From Octopus sinensis (lineage: Eukaryota), in contig NC_043003.1 in assembly GCF_006345805.1 (NCBI RefSeq), forward strand, positions 99,696,001-99,760,000: a stretch of 64,000 bases of DNA, given 5' to 3'. Made by a program: the position numbers and the translations under genes. The notes below the pieces were generated by a model. The model was not told the DNA's origin. It searched no databases and worked only from the letters and a program-made list of their open reading frames with translations. Of this stretch, positions 26,205 through 40,492 are shown in pieces; position 1 is the first letter of the stretch, and each line of letters starts with the position of its first letter.

Positions 26205-26305
<101 letters not shown>

Positions 26306-26458
26306 TATATACATACACACATACAAAGTATGGTGGGTTAGTTCGCAGGAGGTCTAAACGATTAGGTACGCTAGTTAAGTGCTGTAACTAGGGCACCAAG
26401 ATTACAGCCGAAACGGTAGTTATGGAGCCATTGTAGATTTCCGATGCACTGGATATTA

Positions 26459-26921
26459 GACATTAATGCAAGGCAAAAATCTCAAGTCATATACAATATT
26501 AATACAGAATGGAATTCAAAATCTTACAGCTGCTTCTAGGATATCCTCGAATATGGGATATTCCGTCATCAGAGACTAATTGGGGGGAAAATATGGAAAA
26601 TGAGAATGGTATATATTAATAAGATGATAACATAGAGGAAGGGAGTAAAGAATAAGATGGACAGAGAGAAGAAAAAATAGGCATGAAAGTTCATAGTTCT
26701 TTTTCTTTTCTCTTTCCATCGCCTTATTCTTTTACTCCCTTTTTCTATGTTATCATCTTATTGATATATACCATTCTCATTTTCCATATTTTTTTTCTAA
26801 TTTTTCTCTGATGACGGAATATCCCCTACTCGAGGATATCCCAGAAACAGCTGTAAGATTTTGAATTTCTTCCTGTAATAATATTGCATATGACTTGAGA
26901 TTTTTCCCTTGCCTTAATGTT
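26459..26921. repeat. ~460-bp near-palindromic foldback, probably from a Penelope-like terminal repeat
   Basis: 26459-26677 and 26697-26921 are diverged reverse complements with about 20 nt between them. Confidence 0.85.
26805..26858 (+). ncRNA. Candidate minimal type I hammerhead ribozyme
   Basis: CTGATGA (26808-26814), stem II ggaatatcc/ggatatcc, GAAAC (26844-26848), palindromic loop AGCT, then GTA with predicted cleavage after 26855. Caveats: stem I has only 3 contiguous pairs and the stem II closing pair is a non-canonical C.A. Confidence 0.55.
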
Positions 26922-26939
26922 TGACATCTGTTTAACAAT

Positions 26940-26982
<43 letters not shown>

Positions 26983-27167
26983 AATTAACAGAATATCTCA
27001 TTCTGTTGATTTTGTGTATATATATATATATATATACACTGTCCCCATCTTTGTGATATGCATGTGAAACGAGGCATCATTGCTCATATCAATCCCCAAG
27101 ATCATGCACCGCATGTGATTCTAGTATTGCAGCTCCTTTTGGTCCAAAGTATCGTTGTTGTGACTTA

Positions 27168-27200
<33 letters not shown>

Positions 27201-27222
27201 TATATATATATATATATATATA

Positions 27223-28782
27223 GCTAGACCACTTCAGATTTTCTTCCAGAGCTTCCTCACAACAGGGAGACTTCCCAAAAGGTTAAAAGAAGGCATTATT
27301 TGTCCTATCCTTAAGGGAGATAGCAGAGCAGACGCTAAAAATTATATACCTGCCTCTCTTACTTCCCATGTCAGCAAAGTCATGGAGTGCATTGCCAGGA
27401 AGAAACTAATTGCATTCCTTGAAGATAATGACTTGCTTCCTGACACCCAGCATGGCTTTCGCTCAAGCAGAAGCTGCCTTACACAGCTTTTGCAACACTA
27501 TGACTGAGTATTGAAACAATTAATGAAGCACTGAAATGTAGATGTGATATATCTCGACTTTGCAAAGACCTTTAATAAGGTTGATCATGGGATGATGTGT
27601 CACAAACTACGGCGACTCGGCATAACTGGGAAAATCGTAGAGTGGCTGCATGACTTCGTAAACGACGGAAGCCATCGGTGCCCTCTCCACGGAGACGTTA
27701 ATAGAAAGTGGAGTGCCTCAGGGAGCTGTAGTGAGGCCACTGCTGTTCATGGTAGCTCTATCAGACATGCCATCAGTTACACAGATAGGCACACTTACTA
27801 GCTATGCCGATGATTCAAAAGTAGTGCAATCAGCCAAGAAACTTTCTGATGCCAATCTTCTACAGAAAGACCTAGATGCCATTTATAAATGGGCTGAGGA
27901 CAACATGCAATTTAATGCAGGCAAATTCCAAGTCCTTTGCTACCAGCTAATTGGTACTCAGAAGTCACAACAACGATACTTTGGACCAAAAGGAGCTGCA
28001 ATACTAGAATCACATGCGGTGCATGATCTTGGGGATTGATATGAGCAATGATGCCTCGTTTCACATGCATATCACAAAGATGGGGACAGTGTGCAAGCGA
28101 ATGGCCGGATGGATTCTGAGAACCTTCAGAACAAGGAACCAGGAAACTATGCTGGTCCTATGGAGGACGTTTATCCTCAGCCGTCTGGACAACCGTTCTC
28201 AAATGTGGTCACCTTACACTGTAGGATTAATAGCAGACTTCAGGCGGTTCAGCGATACGAAAAAAGGAAGATTGCATCGATGGAACAACTGAGCTACCGA
28301 GAAAGACTGAAAGAACTACGACTCTACTCCATGGAGCGAAGACCGGAAAGGTATGCAGTGATATATGTGTGGAAGATACTCGAGGGGCTGGCACCAAATT
28401 TTGGAATTGAGAGTTATACCAGACTTCGAAATAGACGTCACCGCACTGTTCCAAAAGCCCCAGCTGTCTCATCTAAGGTGAAGATCGTGTACTGCAATAG
28501 CTTGGAATTCAAAGGCCTACAGTTATTTAACTCCTTGCCAAAACATCTGAGGAATCTCCATGGTGTGGGAGTAGATGTTTTCAAGAAACAGCTTGACCTC
28601 TTTCTATCCAAGATCCCAGATGAGCCAAGATCAAGGCAGGAAACTCAAAAGAGGGCAGAGGTATCGAACTCCTTCCTTCACCAAAAGCCAATCCCATAAA
28701 ATTGGTCAATTAAAAGATGATTACACTGGCAGTGCCCTAGCATGGCCGCAACCTCAAGGCTGAAACATATAAAATAATAAAA

Positions 28783-28785
<3 letters not shown>
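27223..28785 (+). mobile_element. CR1/L2-group LINE, 5'-truncated, with disrupted reverse transcriptase
   Basis: IYLDFAKTFNKVDH, SGVPQG..PLLF, YADDSK, MQFNAGKF, GWILRTF and LRLYSMERRPERY. Ends in a gcatggccgca..ctgaaac..aaaagaat tail. Confidence 0.88.
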
Positions 28786-28818
<33 letters not shown>

Positions 28819-28874
28819 CGGAGATGTACTTGCATAACAAGTGACCTGATCTGAGATCGTGTGCTGAAACAGAG

Positions 28875-29015
28875 ACAATTGCAGCGTGGAAAGCCATTTA
28901 AAAACACACAAAATCCGTTAGATTCCCTTCAAATTAAATTTAAATGTTGAAGTGAATCTAACTGCTTTTGTGTGTTTTTAAATGGCTTATAAACACCTTC
29001 CACGCTGCAATTGTT
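28875..29015. repeat. ~140-bp snap-back hairpin
   Basis: acaattgcagcgtggaa..agccatttaaaaacacacaaaa..gttagattc.cttcaa, a ~14-nt loop, then its reverse complement, with one 10-nt indel. Confidence 0.8.
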
Positions 29016-29436
29016 TATATATATAGCCAATTCAAAAAGACTCAGAGAAGAAGAAAAAAGTAAATGTTTGGACGTGGCACAAGCAATGTATGAATAAGAC
29101 ACTCAGAGAAGGAAAAGAGTAAAGGTTTTATGTTTCGAGCATAGTTCTTATTCGGAATCAGGAGAAACAGAAGAGTCCAAGACGAAGGAGGAAACAATCG
29201 CCAACAATCACGCGCAATTACACTTTTGAAGTGAGTGGAAGTATATAAATATAAATATATATGTATATACATACATATATATATATATATATACATACAT
29301 TATATATATATATATTATATATACTATATATATATATATTATATATATATATTATATATATACATACATACATACATACATACATACATACATACATACT
29401 ACATACATTACATACATACATATATAATATATATAC

Positions 29437-29563
<127 letters not shown>

Positions 29564-30567
29564 ACATTATTATATTAAGCTTGACTTTTTTCCCCTTTAA
29601 TCCCTGCTGTCCTATACTGTGAATTGTTGTTCTCGTCATCTTTGCCACTAAAGTTGCTCTTCTTGTTATTGTTGCTATAGCAACAGTTATTTGTTATTGT
29701 TGCCAGTTATGTTACCTGTAGCTGTTACTCTTGTTGCTGTAATTATTGTCATTCTCGTCAAACGATGTTGCTAGTCTTGTCTTGTTTGCTGCTGTTGCTA
29801 TTGAAGTGATCGCAATGATTACTGTTGCTATTGTTGCGATAACGGGCGCTGGTGTCGCCGTTGTTGTTGATAGCAATTATTCTTATTGGACACAGGTCAA
29901 ACTGGCTTGAGCAGACCTATGATAACAGACATTCCAAACTGTGACTACCTCATCATTTGAGGGAGAATATTTTGGGCTATAATGTACAATGTGTCTGGTT
30001 TACGACGGAAGGGTGTAATTTAAGGGAGATTCAGTGGGGTGCTAACACTTTATAATTATGTGTCCATCAAAGGGTCTAGTTGGTAGCAATCACTTTTGAC
30101 GTTGTTTACCGTCATGTCAAACCTGAGTGAGCAAACTATTGGCAATCATCATTCCATCCATGACGCGTTTATGAATATCTAGGAAAACACTGGTGAATGT
30201 GACTTTCAATTTTTAACACTATAGTATGTAATTTGAGAAAGATTTGGTTGCCGGTGAGACCATATAGAGGCGTTTCCGTTCGTAGCCGTAGATTTTGTCG
30301 CCGGGTCTAATGTAAAAGTTGTTATCGTGACGGCTACAGCAGTTCTTGGCAGCTTCCAGGATGTTGTCTTGCTGTTGTCTTCGCTGTTGTTGCTATTATC
30401 ACGTTGTCCTTGTTATATTTGTTGTTGCAATTAGCAAGTGTTGTTATTGTCATGCTGTTGTTTTTGCTGTTGTGATTCCTGCTGCTTTAGTTGCTAGTAT
30501 AATTGCTACCGCTGATGCTATTCCAGTTAATGTTGTCACTACTATTACTATGTTGTTCATATAGCTA

Positions 30568-30606
<39 letters not shown>

Positions 30607-31242
30607 GTGTTGTTGTTGTTGTTGTGGTGGTGGTGGTGATAGTAATACTAGTAGTAGAAACTGCGGCAGCGGTGGCTACAGTAGTAGTAGTAGTAGTAGT
30701 AGTAGTTGCTGCTGCTGCTATCGTTGCAGCAGTTGTTATTTGTTATGTTATCCTTGTTGCTCGTTGCTATTCTAGTTGACGCTATTGCTATTGTCATTAT
30801 TGTTATTGCTATTGTCACCAAGGGTGTTAAGTTTCAGCCACATGTATTGGATTATTAAGATTATGCTACATGTTACAGAATAAACTAGTTCTCCAAAATT
30901 GCATGCGACATGTTACTTTAGAGTTGGGGGGGGTTGTCTTTTTAGTGAAAATTCTGTTGAACGTCATTAAAATGTCAACCACGTACGTTAGAAGACAACT
31001 TAGAAGAACACTCAAGTGGCTCAAGCCCGAGACTTTTGTGCGTTGCACACCTCTCTCTATCTCTCTATATCTCTCTCCCTATCTAATTATCTCTATCGCT
31101 TTCTCCTTTCTCTGTCTCCTATCTCTTCCCCCCTCTCTCTCAACACCTGGTATATATAATATATAACATACGTACATACATGCATGCATATATACATAGA
31201 CACAAACACACATATGCACGCACACACACACACATACATACT

Positions 31243-31305
<63 letters not shown>

Positions 31306-31448
31306 AAAGAAATCGAGAAGAGAGAAGAGAAAACGAAAGAAAGAATTTTCAGAAACAACAAAGAAAATGGGTAATACCCTTTAGAAGACAGAAAGAGTGG
31401 CCAGTAAGTTTCTACAGAGAATCGAACTATGTACTCTCCAAATTCCAG

Positions 31449-31500
<52 letters not shown>

Positions 31501-31669
31501 AATTAAGATAGGGGTTGCAAATTCAACCCTCCATGGGATAACAAATATCCAATATACTGCTGTGAAGTACCCAACAAAGTTAATACATGAATGTTAAGAA
31601 TTGCGATGCAATAATTCATTTACTGTATTACATGGGCAAAGGTAAAATTATTTTTACCATAAATTAATA

Positions 31670-33670
31670 ATACAAAATCAGAAAATGGAGAAAAATACAT
31701 CTAAATCATAATCAACTACCAGATAATACCCAATCAATACTTTATTGAACCACTACATAAGAACATTAAGGTTAAACATAAAAATATATAACAAAACAGC
31801 GTACATGAATGAGTAATACAATACAATAGGTACAATCATTATAAGAGGATATAAATAAATACATATAAATAGATATAAATATAAATATACACTATATATT
31901 ACAGCTGTTTCGGCCATGCAGATAAATATGTCTCATTTTAACTATATTAGCCATGTATAGTATGTCAATATGAAGTTAAAAATGAGACATTTACAAAGAT
32001 ATCTTAAGGCCTCTTCGGAGATTCTAAAGTATAAACCAAATTACATATATACTCATATAAGTGTGGGTACATACCCATAATAAATCATTTACATATATAT
32101 ATGAGTGCATATACTCATACTCTTATACATACACATATACATATACATAATAATACAAATAATATAAATCAATAAAATATATATATGTTCCATATTCAAT
32201 GTTTTTCAACTTAATATTAAGATATTACAAGGTAGAGAACATAGACATATTCATACTTCAATGCAAATATATAGAGTCAGTATTACCTTATATTAATTTA
32301 CCTTATATTAATTTACGTCCTTTGATGGGCATACATGTATTTTGTATTTTATAATTTAGTAAATATTTGAATAGAAACATAGTGGAAATGTAAAGATATA
32401 GAAATATTTTTTAGTGGTAGGATAGTTTGTTTACGGAAAATACGGTGTTATTTTAATTATGTACCTTATGATAATTTACATTCTTCATCGGGGTATAAAT
32501 GTATGTATGATTGCATATACGAATTTATGAATATATGTGAGTGGATCTGTTTGTAAGCATGTATGTGTGTGTAAGTGTGGGCTAGTATCTCTTATGTTAT
32601 GTTGCGATTTGGCTGTGTATGTGCGTATGTGCGCACGTTTGCAAGTGTGCGCGTGTGGATGTTTCTCAACTAACCAACCGTAAAAAACAATTGTAATTTA
32701 AATTTAAAAGTATAAGCCAATCAAATTCCGGCGTTCGTTTCATAACTATTTCGGAAATTAATAATATATTAGTGTCGCAATAGAAATTATTAATTCACAT
32801 GCATCTGTGGAAATTAACACCATGTAAACTGATTGACTGGCTGCTTTTTGTATGTATGTGCAAATATTAATGCCTTGCATAATACTGTGGTATTATGTTG
32901 GTCCCTAGTTTTGCTACTATATTGCTAATTATGTGATATATGTATGTTTATTAGTATTAATGTTATTAGAAATAAGAACAATGATATTGGTAGCATTAAT
33001 GATATTGATAACAGTATTGATGTTAACATTAATGACTTTTTGTAAATTAATATAAGGTAATACTGACTCTATATATCTGCATTGAAGTATGAATATGTCT
33101 ATGTTCTCTACGTTGTAATATCTTAATATTAAGTTGAAAAACATTGAATATGGAACATATATATATTTTATTGATTTATATTATTTGTATTATTATGTAT
33201 ATGTATATGTGTATGTATAAGAGTATGAGTATATGCACTCATATATATATGTAAATGATTTATTATGGGTATGTGCCCACACTTATATGAGTATATATGT
33301 AATTTGGTTTATACTTTAGAATCTCCGAAGAGGCCTTAAGATATCTTTGTAAATGTCTCATTTTTAACTTCATATTGACATACTATACATGGCTAATATA
33401 GTTAAAATGAGACATATTTATCTGCATGGCCGAAACAGCTGTAATATATAGTGTATATTTATATTTATATCTATTTATATTTATTTATTTATATCCTCTT
33501 ATAAGGATTGTACCTATTATATTGTATTACTCATTCATGTACGCTGTTTTGTTATATATTTTTATGTTTAACCTTAATGTTCTTATGTAGTGGTTCAATA
33601 AAGTATGTGATTGGGTATTATCTGGTAGTTGATTAATGATTTAGATGTATTTCTCCATTTTCTGATTTTG

Positions 33671-33673
<3 letters not shown>
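31670..33673. repeat. Long inverted repeat: ~630-bp arms (31670-32301, 33042-33673) around a ~740-bp spacer
   Basis: The arms align as reverse complements with about ten differences seen by eye. Each carries ccgaagaggcc...ggccgaaacagctgtaa. Confidence 0.92.
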
Positions 33674-33718
<45 letters not shown>

Positions 33719-34375
33719 AGTGTATAACACACACATACAACACACTCACACACGTGTACATACATACACACTCATAATTCGAGCAATTTTTTATCTGGGA
33801 CTCTTTCTTCGCCCCTTTCATTTATTAAACTAATTTTCAGGAAATTGACCTGGTAACTCTTGTTGCTGTTTTTGTTTTTTTTGTTTTTTTCAATTTGTGC
33901 TTGCTAATGTTTGCTATTGCAATCGTAGTTATTGCAGTTGTTATCGCTGCTAATGCCGTTGTCATTGTCACAAATATTACTGCTGTTCACCTAATATTGT
34001 TGCTCTTTTTTATTCCCAGTTTTGCTGTTGCTATTTTTATTCCCACTATTGTTGTTGCTATCGCTGCTAATTGCTATTGTCACTGCCGATGTACTTTTCC
34101 ATTCTTCCTGTTGCCTTTACTATTGCAGTGGTTGTCATTGTTTGCTGCTGCTAGTGTTATGCATATTGTTATTGTCACTGTTGGCCTTTTATTGTTGTTG
34201 TTGTTATTCGTCGTGATGTGATGGTGGTATTGGTGGTCGTCGTGGTACGATTGTTATCATTGCATCATTAATGCTGTTGTTATTATGGTTTCGCTTACAG
34301 GTATTGCAGTTGTTTTTCTTGTTGCTGCAGCTAGGGTTGTTAACGCTGCTCTTACTGTTCTTGTTGATGTTTTAG

Positions 34376-34409
<34 letters not shown>

Positions 34410-34417
<8 letters not shown>

Positions 34418-34766
34418 AGCGAACGGTCTTCGTCCCAGAGCTCGCAAGATGGGAGAAGTGTGAAACGTGGTCCTTTGCTATTCGTAAGATCCGCAGAAGA
34501 GAAAGCAGGTCAACCCCCGACACCGAGAATGCGCATCCAGGCTCAGTGGTTGCGTAGGAAGTCAGGGACAAGAAACAGGAAGAAAGAGTGAGAGAAAGAT
34601 GGAGCGAAAGAGTAGAACAGAGGTCACCACCACCCCCTGCCGGAGCCTCGTGGAGCTTTAGGTGTTTTCGCTCAATAAACACACACAACGCCCGGTCTGG
34701 GAATCGAAACCGCAATCCTCCGACCGCGAGTCCACTGCCCTAACCATTGGGCCATTGCGCCTCCAC
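34410..34766 (-). mobile_element. tRNA-derived SINE, family F
   Basis: Minus strand gtggaggcgcaatggcccaatggttagggcag..ggtttcgattcccagacc; ends next to a (GCA)n tract. Confidence 0.75.
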
Positions 34767-34988
34767 TGCTGCTGCTACAACTGCTTCGGTTACTATCGCC
34801 ACTGTTGCTGTTAGTTCGTGAGTTGGTTGGTTAGTTTGATGGTTGTTGCGCATGTAGTTGTCATTGCGTCCTCTGTTGTTGTTGTTGATGATGATGTGGT
34901 TGTTGTTATTGCTTCTGCCCTTGTATTTTGTTATTTTGTTGCTGTCGCTGTTTTCTGTCTCAATCGCCACTCCCGATTCAAACGACCC

Positions 34989-35023
<35 letters not shown>

Positions 35024-35682
35024 CTCTGTGTATGTATCAATATCAGTGGCGGCTGTGTATAGGAAGTGCGGAACTGTCGCACCCCCAATATAATGAGTCC
35101 ATTTTTTCTTTAATTCTTTCTTTATACTTGTACATTATATGATCCTTAAGATTAAAGTCAGTAACCGTCCCCTGGTTCATGGAAGAAAATACAAAAATCC
35201 TTGTAATAGAACTGTGTGCTTCACAGTTCCAACGACGCAGTGTTTGGCTCTTGTGCGCATGCTCACATGTCCGAGATAGGAAGCTTCACATTAGGGAGAG
35301 ACAGCACTGCCGTTCACGCAGTGCCGGTCAAGGGTAGTGTTTCTTTTTGACTCCGCGTGTGTTGTGCTTAAAAACGTGTTTATATTCCTGAATGTGATAA
35401 AGTGTAAGATTAGATCCTTATCCTACTTCCAGCATCAGTGTTGCTGCTAGAATTTGAAAAATAAGGTACATTCCCCACCCCCACCTCCACCCTTATTTTG
35501 TGATTTAGGGTGGGGGGGATTTTGAAAAACAAAGGGGATTTCGCGGCAGTGTTCAGTGAACAAATTAAACACACTATCCGGCAGTGGCTAAAACGCGAAC
35601 CGATTAAGTTTACGTTTAAATTTTCTTTTTATATGTTTGTTTCCTTTTACACAATATTAAAACAACGGCTAAAAAATTTTCT

Positions 35683-36115
35683 GGTTCCAGGTTCAGTCCC
35701 ACTGCGTGGCACCTTGGGCAAGTGTCTTCTACTATAGCCTCGGGCCGACGAAAGCCTTGTGAGTGGATTTGGCAGACAGAAACTAGAAGAAGCCCGTCGT
35801 ATATATATTATGTGCCTGTGTGTGTGCGCGCGCGTGCCTGTGTGTGTGCGCGCGCGTGCCTGTGTGTGTGCGTGCCTGTGTGTGTATATGTTTGTATATC
35901 TCTGTTTGTCCCCCTAACATCGCCTGACAACCGATGCTGGTGTGTTTACGTCCCTGTACCTTAGCAGTTCAGCAAGAGAGACCGATAGAATAAGTACTAG
36001 GCTTACAAAGAATAAGTCCTGAGGTCGATTTGCTCGACTAAAGGCAGTGCTCCAGCATGGCTGCAGTCATATGACTGAAACAAATAAAAAGAATAAAAAA
36101 GAATAAAAAGAGAAT
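35683..36115 (+). mobile_element. SINE family A, 5'-truncated
   Basis: Matches the 3095 copy from ggttcagtccc to the aaaagaat tail. Confidence 0.85.
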
Positions 36116-37074
36116 ATACGCTTATACGCAAAAGCATGAAGATATATTCACGTGCGTGTATATATGCATGTATGTGTTTGTGTGAGAGCATATATTTGGA
36201 CATCAGTGTACGTATATGTGTGCTTGCAGTGTGCTTAAATGCTCACTCAATATGCGCTTGTGTATACATAAATACCTACACACATGGATGCATACTTACA
36301 TGCTATTGCAATCGTAGTTATTGAAGTTGTTATCGCTGCTAATGCCGTTGTCATTGTCACAAATATTACACACATATATGTGTGTGTGTGTGTGTGCATG
36401 TACATTTGTGTGTGCGTGCGTGTGTATGTGCGTGTGTATGTGTGTGCGTGTGTGCGTGCGCGTGTGTGTGCATGTGTGTGTGCGTGTGTGTGTGTATGTA
36501 TACATACATATGTATGTGTGTGTGCATGTATATGTATGTGTGCATGCGTGTGTATGTGCGTGTGTATGTGCGTGTGTATGTGTGTGCGTGTGTGTGTGTG
36601 TGCGTGTGTGCGCGTGTGTGTGTATCCATATGTGTGTGTGTGTGTGTATGTGTGCATGTATATGTGTGTGTGCGTGCGTGTGTATGTGCGTGTGTAAGTG
36701 TGTGCGTGTGTGTGCGTGTGTGTGCGTGTGTGTGTGTGTGCATGTACGTTTTTGTATGCATGTGTTCGTGTGTCAAAATGTGTAAAGGGATTACATTGTA
36801 CATAAAATAGTCCTCGTCTCTCGAAAGAGCGTTGTTGTTGTTGTTAAAAATGTGATACTAATCGTGTGGAGTGATGGTGGCGTGGGTGGAGAGGGTGGCG
36901 ATGGTAGCGATGCGAGGGAGGGTTGTGAAGGTGGCGCTAGTGTAGACTCCGTGGTAGTATCGTAAAGCAGTTGTGATGATCGTGGCGTTGGTCTTTCGAA
37001 GTTTCGCAATAGTAATGTTAACAGCAGCAGCAGCAGCAGCAGTAGCCGTAGCAGCAGCAGCAGCGGCAGCAGCG

Positions 37075-37105
<31 letters not shown>

Positions 37106-38022
37106 TTGTAGTAGTAACAGATGCGATCGAGATACTGATTGATGATGATGACGATGATTATGATAGTGATCGTTTAGTAGTTGTTGACTGCTGTTTCTTG
37201 AAGGTCAGTCGACCACATAGAACCTCTCATGTTGTTCGTAGTTGTTGTTGCTGCTGCTGCTGTTGTTGTTGTTCTTGTTCTTGTTCTTGTTCTTGTTGTG
37301 TAACCCCAAGCCAAAGCTGATTGAGCATAATTATCTCTAAAGGCCTTCCAACCATGACCATCTCATCTTTGTACAGTTGTGTTGGAGTACATGATCAAAT
37401 ATGTCCCTTACTTTCCTTCCTCACCCTCTTTTCCAAGACGGCAAGATGTTATTTGAACGGGATTTGGCCGCTATTTTTCGCAGGTCGATTGACTACAAAG
37501 ACAATGTCGTTATAAGTATTGTTGTATTGTTCTTATTAATTTTGTTTTTGTTGTTGTTGCTGTTGTTGTTGTTCTTCTTCTTCTTCTTCTTGATGATGAT
37601 GATGATGATGATGACGATGACAACGACGACGGTGGTGGTGGCAGCGGTGGCGATGTTAATGCTGATTATGATGGTGTTGCTGTTATTGATGTTTTTGTTG
37701 TTGCTCTTGTTATTTTGTTATTGTTTTTATTGTTGCTTCCACTTGAAACAACAACAACATGATTTCGACGTGTCGTCTGATTTCTGCGCTCTTAATATAT
37801 GCTAAAGATTGCCGTCAGTTCTTCCTCGATTCACACCCAACTACCATTACAAAGGAAGGATGCACAGTACATTCTAGAACTACATTATTTCCTCCTATGT
37901 CTGAAATTAAAACGGGTGGCCACAACAGGCTTACCTTTTGATAATACGTAAGTTCCGCCCCTACCGGCGTTGACTTAGAGCAAAGCGACACCAGCAGCAA
38001 CAACAACAACTACTACTACTAC

Positions 38023-38086
<64 letters not shown>

Positions 38087-38087
<1 letters not shown>

Positions 38088-38562
38088 CCTTTCTACTATA
38101 GGCACAAGGGGCTAAACACAGAGAGGACAAACAAGGACAGACAAACGGATTAAGTCGATTATATCGACCCCAGTGTGTAACTGGTACTTATTTAATCGAC
38201 CCCGAAAGGATGAAAGGCAAAGTCAAACTCGTCGGAATTTGAACTCAGAACGTAGCGACAGACGAAATACCGCTAAGCATTTCGCCCGGCGTGCTAACGA
38301 TTCTGCCAGATAGGTCGATAAGATTAACCCCGAAAAAATGAAAGACAAAGTCGACCTCGGCAGAATTTGAACTCAGAACGTAAAGACGGGCGAAATGATG
38401 CCAAGCATTTGACCCGTCGTGATGGTTTCAAATTTTGGCACAAGGCCAGTAATTTTGGACGGGGGGGTAAGTCGATTATATCGACCCCAGTGATCAACTG
38501 GGACTTATTTTATCAACACTGAAAGGATCAAACGCAAAGTCAGCCTCAGAACATAAAAACGG
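38087..38562 (-). mobile_element. Cluster of family C SINE copies
   Basis: Reverse-complement Meta-domain-like core repeated three times between (AAT)n tracts. Confidence 0.75.
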
Positions 38563-39250
<688 letters not shown>

Positions 39251-39557
39251 GCAACTAAATTTCATCAAATCACATTATAATTTTCGAACTAGAAAAAAAT
39301 ATACGAGGTAATGTTGTCTTGGATATGTATAATCAGGAGTAAAGGGGAGGGTGGTTACGGTTGGAGTGTCTTTGATTATGGACCCACTCAACCAAAGCTG
39401 ACCTGTGGCTAAACAATAACAATAAGTACGGCAACAACAAATATTAAAATCAACTGCAACACACCACACTCCACACATATACATGTTTTCAAGCAGAAAC
39501 CCATCCAACCGTGTCGCTATGTGGATGCATCTAGATGTAAACACACGCACACACACA

Positions 39558-39637
<80 letters not shown>

Positions 39638-40429
39638 CACGAACGCACGCACGCACACACACAGATAGACAAACAGGCAGATAGACAGACAGACAGACAG
39701 ACAGAACAACTCACGCAAATACTCATACACATTACATATACACATACGTTACAATGAGAGACCTTCTAAATAGTCGCAAAACATTGCGATGAAAAATTCG
39801 TCTCCTGCCTCCTTAAAAACGGGTGTACATCTTACAGTGTAAATTTTCACAAGATTTTTGTTGAAGACATACTATTAACTGCTATGACAGGGAATCGAAA
39901 CCAGAACCTTACAAAGAAGCGTCATATATTTCTCTTTGACTGTAAGGAAGTCATTTAACTCAAGCGAAAGTGGAGGAGAAAGTTTGATGGCAACGGAATT
40001 GTCGTTCCCATGGCACAAACGGAATTATGCCTCTTACACACACGCGCGCGCGCACACACAGACACACAGACACACACAATCACACATACACATGCACACG
40101 CGCGCGCGCGTGCACACACAACATAAATATATATACATACACAAAAATATATACATATGTGTGTGTGTATATTTATATGTACGCTCACACATTCGTACAT
40201 ATATAGATAAATGCATACATACGTACATACATACATGCATGCATGCATACACATACGTACATACATATGCATACATACACACTTGTCATAATGTTTACAT
40301 GGACACAAACATATACACAGTTTATGAGTGTGTGTGTGAGAGAGAGTGTGTGTGTGTGTGTTTGTGTGTGTGTGCGCGCGCGCGTGTGGGGAGAAATATA
40401 GATAGATAGATAGATAGATACATACATAC

Positions 40430-40479
<50 letters not shown>

Positions 40480-40492
<13 letters not shown>

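Noticed and set aside
26385-26425. gccgaaacggtagtt as another hammerhead half
   Set aside because: No CUGANGA-like core upstream.
37930-37975. Possible minus-strand micro-exon STPVGAELTYYQK followed by AAG|GTAAGC, faintly like a SET-domain motif
   Set aside because: It is too short, has no partner exons and an opposite-strand GTAAGT overlaps it, so chance is likely.
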